Positions 55,163 through 64,000 of a stretch of 64,000 nt of DNA are shown here, piece after piece (the first letter of the stretch is position 1; each line of letters begins with the position of its first letter). The notes beneath the pieces are model-generated. The model ran no database searches and was not told where the DNA came from. It saw only the letters and a program-made list of their open reading frames with translations. Source of the DNA: Octopus vulgaris. Lineage: Eukaryota. The DNA is taken from the NCBI GenBank assembly GCA_951406725.2, contig OX597820.1:57784001-57848000 (forward strand), written 5' to 3'. The position numbers and the translations under genes are program-made.

Positions 55163-55341
55163 GGATCAGAACAGTTTAATTCAAATTCCGTGCTGCTTAA
55201 AGTTTCAAAGCCCCTAATTAGAAATTCGGGTCACTGGAAATTCAAGCTGACAAGTCAACTTGATTCGAATTTCCATTGGTCCGATGATGAGGCCTTTGAA
55301 ACTTTAAGTAGCACGGAATCTGAATTAAACTGTTCTGATCC
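55163..55341. mobile_element. Foldback MITE, near-perfect hairpin
   Basis: About 48-bp outer arms GGATCAGAACAGTTTAATTCA..AAAGTTTCAAAG plus inner pairing GGAAATTC/GAATTTCC. Confidence 0.88.
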
Positions 55342-55959
55342 ACACACACACACACATATATATATATATACAATTGCAGCGTGGAAGGTGTTTATAAGCC
55401 ATTTAAGAAACACATAAAACCATTAGATTCACTTCAACATTTAAATTTTGAGACCGCGACCTGTTCACGGACAAAACTTCGACGCATATTCTTTTATTCT
55501 TCTACTTGTTTCAGTTATTTGATTGCGGCCATACTGGAGTACCAGCATGGCTGCACCAATGTGTGTGTGCGTGTCTGTGTTCGTCCCCCCCCCCCCAACA
55601 CTGCTTGACAACCGGTGATGATTTATTTACATCTCTGTATCTTAGTTGTTCAGCCAAAGAAACTGATAGAATAAGAGGCTTAAAAAAAATACTGGAGTGA
55701 ATTAGTTAACTACACGATACCAGGCGGTGCTTCAGCATAACCGTAGTCCAATGATTGAAACAATTAAAAGGTAAAAGATTAAACGCTATATGAGGAATTC
55801 TATAATCTTATAAAAGAATACTTTAAGAGAGCCCTAAATACACTATATCTGAAAATAAAAGATGGGATGATCACAGCAGTAATTAGAAAGGATGCCAGTC
55901 TTAGCGAGGAGGTTCGTCAAAAAACAACCCATTTCTGGAATTGTTGTGGACAGTGTGTA

Positions 55960-55992
<33 letters not shown>

Positions 55993-56712
55993 AACTATGA
56001 GCGTGTTGAATACAGGTATCGATGAAAACACTGTCCTACTTCAGTCAGTGAATTTTGTTATACTTCGAGAATATTGTATAATATTACGTATGGTACTATC
56101 ATGCTGTCCAACATGGCTAGGCATGGAAGTGGATTATAATGGCTGGAAAATCTTTGATATGTCAGCTCCATCAGAGCTGATAGGGGAAAATAAACAACAA
56201 CAACAACAACAACAATAACAACAACAACAACAACAAACAACTACTACTGCTACTACAAATGAGTCATCGAGAAACAGGCGACTTAGTAAAAACAGATGTC
56301 AAAACCTCTCAAATCACACCCTACACTCTTATAAAATTTAGAACATATTAACCAATGTGGACGTAGATATAATGAAAAATGTGAGTCGGTGACCTGCTTT
56401 GCTGGAAGGCATTTGGTATATTGATAAGTCTCTTCAATCAGTTAACATAGAGCTCAAGATTAGCAACAGTAACTACTATAAACGATAAATTGTTTGGATG
56501 AAAATGCCGGTTACAGATCTATAGATTTTAAATACCGGATTTATCTAGCAAAAGTACCGTTGATAAACCAGCAATAATTTCGACAGGAATATTTGTGCTT
56601 TATATACTGAATACTTGGGATGGCCAACATGTGTCCAGAGTAGTGTTGGTATAATTATAACTAGCGGGATTCATAGAAATTCACGTTTTATAAATGTTCT
56701 TATTTCTGTATT

Positions 56713-57612
56713 GAGGCGGCGAGTTGGCAGAATCCTTAGCACACCAGGTAAAATGCTTAGCGGCATTTCGTCTGTATTAACGCTCTAAGTTCAAATACTG
56801 CCGAGGTAGACTTTTCCTTTCAGGATCGATAAAATAAGTACCAGTTGAGTCCTCGTGCCGATGTGATCGGCTGTTCCCAATCCCTCAAATTTTAAGCCTT
56901 GTGCCTATAAAATGGTTTTATAGGCGCAGGAGTGTCTGTGTGGTAAGTAGCTTGCTTACCAACCACATGGTTCCGGCTTCAGTCCCACTGCGTGGTACTT
57001 TGGGCAAGTGTCTTCTCCTATAGCCTCTGGCCGACCAAAGCCAAACGGATTAAATCGATTACAAAGCCAAACGGATTAAATCGATTACATCGATCCCAGT
57101 CCGTAACTAGTACTTATTTAATCGACCCCGAAAGGATGAAAAGGGGCTAAACATAGAGGGGACAAACAAGGACAGACAAACGGATTAAGTCAATTACATC
57201 GTCCCCAGTGCGTAACTGGTGCTTAATTTATCGACCCCAAAAGGATGAAAATCAAAGTCGACCTCGACGGAATTTGAACCCAGAACGTAGCGGCAGACGA
57301 AATACCGCTAAGCATTTCGCCCGGCGTGCTAACGATTCCGCTCGCTTGCCGTCTTAATAACTACAAATAATTGCATGTAATATATATATATATATATATA
57401 GACAGTGATTAAAGCAGCCATGAGCTGGCAGAATCGTTACCGCGTCGGGCAAAATGCTGAACAGCATTTCTTCCAATTTGACGTTTTGTGTTCACATGGG
57501 ATCGACTTTGCCTTCTATCCTTTTGGGGTCGATAAAATACGTACCAATCGAGCACTGGGGTTGATGTAATGCCCCCCCCCACCTCGAAATTGCTGTCCTT
57601 GTGATAAAATTT
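56713..57612. mobile_element. Cluster of SINEs: B(+), A head(+), B dimer(-), B(+)
   Basis: Recognisable heads and bodies; a 25-bp local duplication at about 57037-57088. Confidence 0.8.
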
Positions 57613-57843
57613 TAAGGTTAAAAAACCGTTAGATGGAAAAGAAAGAGCGAAGTTCACCTGCGAGACGTGAACGCACATTTTTTTACACATATCCCGCAAG
57701 ACGCCTTCGACCTTTTGCTGTCCAATGTTTTTTTTTTAATTCAATATATTTAAATGTAATTAATTGTAGCTGTCTCCACTTCGAGTCTCACACTTGAAAC
57801 GATTTAATCAACGATAGAATAGCTTTTAGTTAGTTAGTTAGTA

Positions 57844-57928
<85 letters not shown>

Positions 57929-58958
57929 GTGCTATATAACCACTGAGTAGACCTTCGACCAAAAGCATTCTACTCATGACCAACCAGTTTTTTTTTCTAG
58001 ATGAAGTGCTTCTTGAAATACATTATGGTCTCTCTTTTTTTTAAGATAGTAGCTGGCTTGCTGCCATTACTTATAGGTTGAACGACTATATGGAAACACT
58101 CTCGATGGTAAGTAACGAATTTTTTCTCAAGCCAGGAATTGAACTCAGACCAACTGAAAACTATTAATCTTAACCACAAGTAGTTGTAGTAATAGTAGTA
58201 GCAACATCAGCAGCGGTGGCTGAGATGATGGTAGTGTGATAAATTAGTAAAAATTGTTGAATCTCAAATGATTTAGTTTTGAATTTACCTTTCGCCCTCC
58301 AGGGGTCATAAAATAAAGAATCAGTAACTTTTTAAAAATTGAGGTTATCGACCAAACACTTTCTTGATGTTCCTGCCTCAATCTCTCTTTCTCTTTAAAA
58401 ATTTGACCTTGTTTTTATAATAATTGGCTTAGACAAAACAAATCATTATTTTTAGACAGGTCACAATAATGATTATTTGCACATGGCCTGTTTTTCGATT
58501 CTTCGATTTGTTTGTGCCAGAATTTCTCGTAATAACACTCTCTCATCTCACTCGCCCACCTCACTTATCGGTCTTATTTACATTAATTATCACAATACCA
58601 ATATAGCGTGGTTTGTGTATACAGTATGAAATGCATCTGCTTCATTTATGAATATAAAATAATCATTTATGAAAGTATGATTTCACACACATATATTTAA
58701 TCTCGCTGTTAAAGAAGGCCCTGTGACCACACTATACAACTTTTGGCAGGCTGGACTGAGGGTCAAACGTACGTGCATCTTATTTACGACTCATCAGGAT
58801 GCGTCAAATAAGTTTTCAGTTTTGATGTTTTTGCAAGAGAGCAACGTTTTATGGTGGAGAAAGTGTATCTTAGATTTGTTTACGGAAACAGGTAAGAGAC
58901 ATCTGCTCTGTGCATCAGACCGTTCTTTGTCATTCAGTATACATACATACCTACATAG

Positions 58959-59002
<44 letters not shown>

Positions 59003-59004
<2 letters not shown>

Positions 59005-59208
59005 GGTTAATCAAAAAGAAAACACAAAGAGAAAACACAACAACGCGAGGACGTGGAACAAGTATAGTGTTATTGGACGTTCAGGAAAAGAAAGAAAGAA
59101 GGAGGATTTAATGTTTCGAATGGAGCTCTTCGTCAGAAACATAGAAAAAGGAAAGATCCAAGGAAGGGAAGACGGAGAAAGAAAATCGCCGACGATACAC
59201 ACGCGGTC

Positions 59209-59212
<4 letters not shown>
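59003..59212 (-). mobile_element. PLE-type terminal-repeat element with minimal hammerhead
   Basis: Minus strand TTT-CTGACGA-AGAGCTCCATTC-GAAACATT-AAA at 59107-59139; microsatellite on both sides. Confidence 0.65.
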
Positions 59213-59239
<27 letters not shown>

Positions 59240-59255
<16 letters not shown>

Positions 59256-60011
59256 AGCAGTTTTTCTGTCTGTGTGTCTGTGTGTCTGTCAGGTTGTACC
59301 CTCACCCTGACCACGGCTTTCCACCGATTCTGATGAAACTTGACACACACATAGCCCAATGTCATAATTCAAAACTAACGCAGCGAAAATTTTTAAAAGT
59401 TCCCCCTGTTCTGAAAAAAATCGATAAATTCGACATGGGGTCGAACATTTTCTGTTGTAGTTTTCGTAACTTGCAATCGATTTTCACCAAACTCATGGTG
59501 AAGCTTAATATTACCCTAAGAAACTTAATTCTGATGTTAGTTTTCCATGCAATACCTTACCATCAGAAAAAATCGATAAAATCATGCCATTTTGGGAAAT
59601 CGCGTTCAAATTCAAGATGACTTTTTTTCGACAATATCTTTCACAAATTGGCAGGAATCTTTTTTAAATTCACAGCGGGCATCATGTCTGCTCCAAGGAG
59701 CTATATGGCCCTTTTTATTCCAATAGGATACTTTATTACTGGAAAAAATCGGTTAATTATATCATATGTGGCACACATAGCAAACCGATTTGTGTATTAA
59801 ACACAAACTGTCTAGGGGACACAACTCGACCTTTTTATCGCCCAAAGGGACAGCTGGGAACATTCGTATACACAGAAGTATTCGAGTGAAGAGAAGACAT
59901 TGCAACCTACACATGCGCCTTCGTTCCCTAGAGGGAAAGGACTAGATTGGGATTAGTCGTTGCCTACTAGGGGCTCTTACATACCCGGGCAACGCCGGGC
60001 TATGCTGCTAG
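59240..60011 (+). mobile_element. Non-autonomous Helitron
   Basis: 5' TATATATAAAC..(CTGT)n..CCGATTCTGATGAAACTT; 3' CCCGGGCAACGCCGGG hairpin plus CTAG|T. Confidence 0.85.
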
Positions 60012-60400
60012 TCTCTATATATAAAACTGAAATGCGTTTTTACCGCTTGGATCGCTTTCAATGCCACTACATCCCGTCCGATTCGCTCCAAAATTTACAG
60101 GGACATGTAGAATGAGGTGACGATGCTCGTGGGCTACCTTAGAAATCCCTAGCTTAAAAGGTGTGGTTGCTAGGGGCCATCTTCCTCACTCACGCTATTT
60201 CCTCCTTTCCCTCTCTTACTCCCCTTCATTAATAACTTTGAGAATGCCACTCCCGTTATTTAATGTATTCCCCTCAACTCCCTTTCACTTTCCCTTTATA
60301 AGTTCGTCAGGCGGCTTTCTTTGATGTATCTGTTTGCATTCATAGGGAGAATTATCATCGCTACCAAACAACACACAATCATGGGAACAAATATTATGAA
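60012..60400 (+). mobile_element. Second Helitron-like element, 5' part, directly in tandem
   Basis: TCTCTATATATAAAAC..CCGATTCGCTCCAAAATTT begins right after the CTAG; 3' boundary uncertain. Confidence 0.6.
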
Positions 60401-60750
60401 TCAGTGTGTGTGTGTGTGTGTGTTCTATATATAAATATGTATATATAATGTATGTGTGTGTGTTCTATATATAAATATGTATATATAATGTATATATACA
60501 AAGTGTATATATCTTTATTTATGTATATTAAACATTTTCATACTTTTTCATAGTTATATATATTTTTAAACAAATTATAAATATAATTTAATAATTTTTA
60601 TATTTTATATATTTTCTATATTATATATTTTTTTTTAATGTTTTTGTTTTTGGTTTTTCACTGTTTGATTTGCCTATTAGTGGTTTTATCTCTAATTTAA
60701 TTTATACAGATATATATCTCATTTGTATACATTTGTATATATAATGCGTG

Positions 60751-60782
<32 letters not shown>

Positions 60783-61614
60783 CACATATATATATATATA
60801 ATGTGTGCATTACGTAGTCGGTCGATTCAGCTGAAAATATGCACACCTATGTTAAAAGTACTGGCAAGTTTGCATGACAACTATTTTTTTCCTCAAACGA
60901 AAGGCGTCACCTCTAGGACAAAATTCCTCATCTTATAAAATGTGGCCCCAGTAGACCCGAATGAAATCGGGTTATATTAACCAAAATGTGAAAAGGGGTC
61001 TAAATGGGGCTGGAAGGGGATTAAAATTTCAAGGAGCGGGTGTTTAGCAATTCTCTGTTACATCAAGCTAAACAATTTGCGCCAGCCTTTTAATCGTCAA
61101 TGTGTTGCCGTCCATGATAAAGAAGTTTTGAATGCTTGCCATGGTGAGTCTACTGTCGTGAGAAAGAATCACTTCAAAACTTGGTGTTGACGAATTTTCT
61201 TTTACATCAAGTTCAAAATTTTACGCCAGCCGTTAAACTGTCACTACGTTGCTGTCCGTCGTTAAGAAATGCCAGCCATGGTGACTCTACTATCCTCAGA
61301 TTCTATCCCTTCAAACTTTGGTTTCCAATATTTTATTATTTTTATTCAGCTCGCAAGTTCGTCTGTCCCTTTTAAATGTTAGCGTTTTGCTGTCTGCCTT
61401 GAAGCAGACCTTTCCATTGCCACTGCCTCATATTTCTGATTGATCTTTCTAAATATTTTATTTCTCAACTTACTCAAGATCTTCTGTTGTTTATAAATGG
61501 GAGAGAGATAGATAAAGATAGAGAGTAAGAGAAAGCAAGGGAGAGTCCGAGAAAAAAGAAAAGTAAGAGAGTGGGAAAGTGAGAGAGAAAGGAGAGAGAA
61601 ACAAATACGGAGAA

Positions 61615-61930
61615 TCATCATCATCATCATCATCGTTTAACGTCCTTTTTCCGTGCTAGCACGGGTTGGACAGTGTGACCGGGGTCTGGGAAGCCAGGAG
61701 GCTGCACCAGGATCCAGTCTGATCTGGCAGTGTTTCTACAGGTGGATGACTTTCCAAACGCCAACCACTCTGTGAGTGTAGTGGGTGCTTTTTTCGTGCC
61801 GCCGGCACAGGTGCCAGGGGGGCTCGCAGCGGCAACGATCGGTTGGTGCTTTTTACGTGCCACCGGCACAGAAGCAAGTCAAGGCGGCGCTGCAATCGGC
61901 CACGTTCAGATTGTGCTTTTTACGTGCTGA
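61615..61930 (-). mobile_element. RTE-tailed SINE-like element
   Basis: Minus strand GGTTGGCGTTTGGAAAGTCATCCACCTGTAGAAAC..GGACGTTAAAC(GAT)n; three GTGCTTTTTACGTGC-like internal repeats. Confidence 0.7.
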
Positions 61931-61994
61931 AAGGAAGCAACAGAAAGTAACAACCACACTCTTACCCGCGCGTAGAGCGGGTCACCTTCAGCTA

Positions 61995-62101
<107 letters not shown>

Positions 62102-62104
62102 TTG

Positions 62105-62336
62105 ATAAAAATGGTAAGACAACAAAAGAATGTAAGAGACCTCGATATTATGTAAATAGAGGAATTTATCTGTAAATGTAATATGTGACAATTATTCGGT
62201 AGCCATGATAAAACTCCGAGTTTCGGATGCCGAGGTGTAAATCCACGCCGTCATCTCTTCAGTTATCCGGCTATCGGAAAAATGCTATGAAAAATGATCG
62301 TTATACAAAGGGAAATTACTGTGTGATTGACCGTTA
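62105..62336 (-). mobile_element. Hammerhead-bearing element (second copy, possibly extending to about 62545)
   Basis: Homologous to 34710-34942; lies between (TA)n tracts. Confidence 0.8.
62200..62273 (-). ncRNA. Type I hammerhead ribozyme motif
   Basis: TAGCCGGATAA-CTGAAGA-GATGACG..CGGCATC-C-GAAA-CTCGGAG-T-T-TTATCATGGCTA; 11-bp helix I with one bulge; GUU cleavage triplet. Confidence 0.7.
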
Positions 62337-62541
62337 TTAAGACAAAAGAGCTATTTGAATGACCGCTAAGTGAGGGGAGGGAGTGAAAGTAAGGGGGTAA
62401 AAAAGTTCATAGTATTCGCATGAGTGCGCATGTTCATACCTACACATACGCACCCGTACACCCACGTGCATGCGCCTAAAAGTATACACTCATCCACCCT
62501 CACTTGAAACATAAACATCCTCACCCGCACCATTCGCCAAA

Positions 62542-62617
<76 letters not shown>

Positions 62618-62942
62618 CTACACACACACAGACACGCTCCATAATGGTTCATACACACGTCTATATACACACAAGCACAACATAAAAACAGGGCTGGACG
62701 TGGTTTTCTCATAGTTTTTTTTTACATATTTTCTTGTAATTTTGCTTTTAGCCCTGTTTTTTCTTGTGTGTAGACGTGTGTATAACTATCAACACTTAAC
62801 TTAACCATAGTCGACAGTTTATCAAGTCTACTTCGAAATCTTCAACGTTCTTTATCTGGAGGCACTCTTTTCCCGGAATATAAACAAAGATATATCGAGA
62901 AATGCGGCATATTCTTCAGAATATAATACAAACCAATTTATG

Positions 62943-63405
62943 AATAATATTAAATCGTTTGAAGGCGGCGAGTTGGCAGAAATATTAGCACGCCGGGCGA
63001 AATGCTTGGCGATAATTCGACTGTCCTTATGTTCTGAGTTCAAATTACGCTGAGGTCGACTTTTCCTTTCAGCCTTTCGGGGTCGATAAATTAAGTACCA
63101 GTTGCATACTAGGATCGATTTAATCGACTGGCCCCCTTCCCCAAAATTTCGGGCCTTGTGCCAAGAGTAGAAAATAATATCAAATCGTTTGAAGGCGGCG
63201 CGCTGGTAGAAACGTTAGCTCACCGGGCGAAGTGCTTAGCAGTATTTCGTCTGCCTTTACGTTCTGAATTCAAATTCCGCCGAGGTCGACTTTTCCTTTC
63301 AGCCTTTTGGGGTCGATAAATTAAGTACCAGTTGCGTACTAGGGTCGATCAAATCGACTGGCCCCCTTCCCCCAAATTTCGGGCCTTGTGCCTAGAGTAG
63401 AAAAG
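62943..63405 (+). mobile_element. Tandemly duplicated SINE family B (230-bp unit including flank)
   Basis: AATAATAT(T/C)AAATCGTTTG precedes both copies; shared diagnostic variants TTTTCCTTTCAGCC. Confidence 0.88.
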
Positions 63406-63475
63406 AAAATGTACCCCAGGAATTATTTTGCTTGTATTCTATTTCATATACAGCAGAATATAATCTATCTATCTA

Positions 63476-63567
<92 letters not shown>

Positions 63568-63671
63568 CCTATCCACACATACAATATATATTTATATTTA
63601 TATACACGCATAAATATATTCATATATGCACACATGCATGTGTACTTGAGTGTGTCCTTGTGTAATCTGAT

Positions 63672-63715
<44 letters not shown>

Positions 63716-64000
63716 GCAGAACAAATATGAAAATATAAACATCATTAATATTGATATAAATATCAATTTTCATAAATATTAATTTAAGAATACTGTGAGA
63801 GCCATATTATCGTTATCAAAATCAGTGCATCGTAAACACTTTATTTAAAACGAATTAAAAAATCATCCGTTTATTATAATCAAATCTCTAGATGTTCTTC
63901 TGAACATTTTTAATTAAACTACCACATTGCTACTAATGTAATGCTTACAGAAATCGAAATCAAAGATCAAAGAAAAAAAAAACGCGCTAACTAAGAAGAT

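Noticed and set aside
55284-55303. Hammerhead-like TGATGAGGCCTTTGAAAC
   Set aside because: Lacks the C3 nucleotide and helix II pairing; it is part of a foldback arm.
59326-59340. CTGATGAAAC as a hammerhead
   Set aside because: No helix II; it is the CCGATT..GAAA(C/T)TT subterminal motif of the Helitron-like element.

Overview
This window is AT-rich, microsatellite-saturated eukaryotic DNA. The SINE set and the (TA)n/(CA)n/(TACA)n load are consistent with an octopus (coleoid cephalopod) genome; this is recognised from memory, not searched. Almost all ORFs in the track are microsatellite artefacts. The real content is a transposon landscape: four to five tRNA-derived SINE families, 5'-truncated CR1 and RTE LINEs, a decayed Naiad-type Penelope-like (PLE) reverse transcriptase, mariner/Tc1 relics, hAT/pogo MITEs, non-autonomous Helitrons and a miniature LTR element with a perfect tRNA-Trp primer binding site. 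Two plus-strand segments (14442-14610, 20918-20992) look like real spliced coding exons of an unidentified gene. The most interesting signals are short hammerhead-ribozyme-bearing elements embedded in (TA)n tracts, SINE concatemers sharing one identical tail-to-loop junction at three loci, a covarying stem-loop shared by a SINE tail and the CR1 3' end, tail swapping within one SINE family, and two locally templated insertions.
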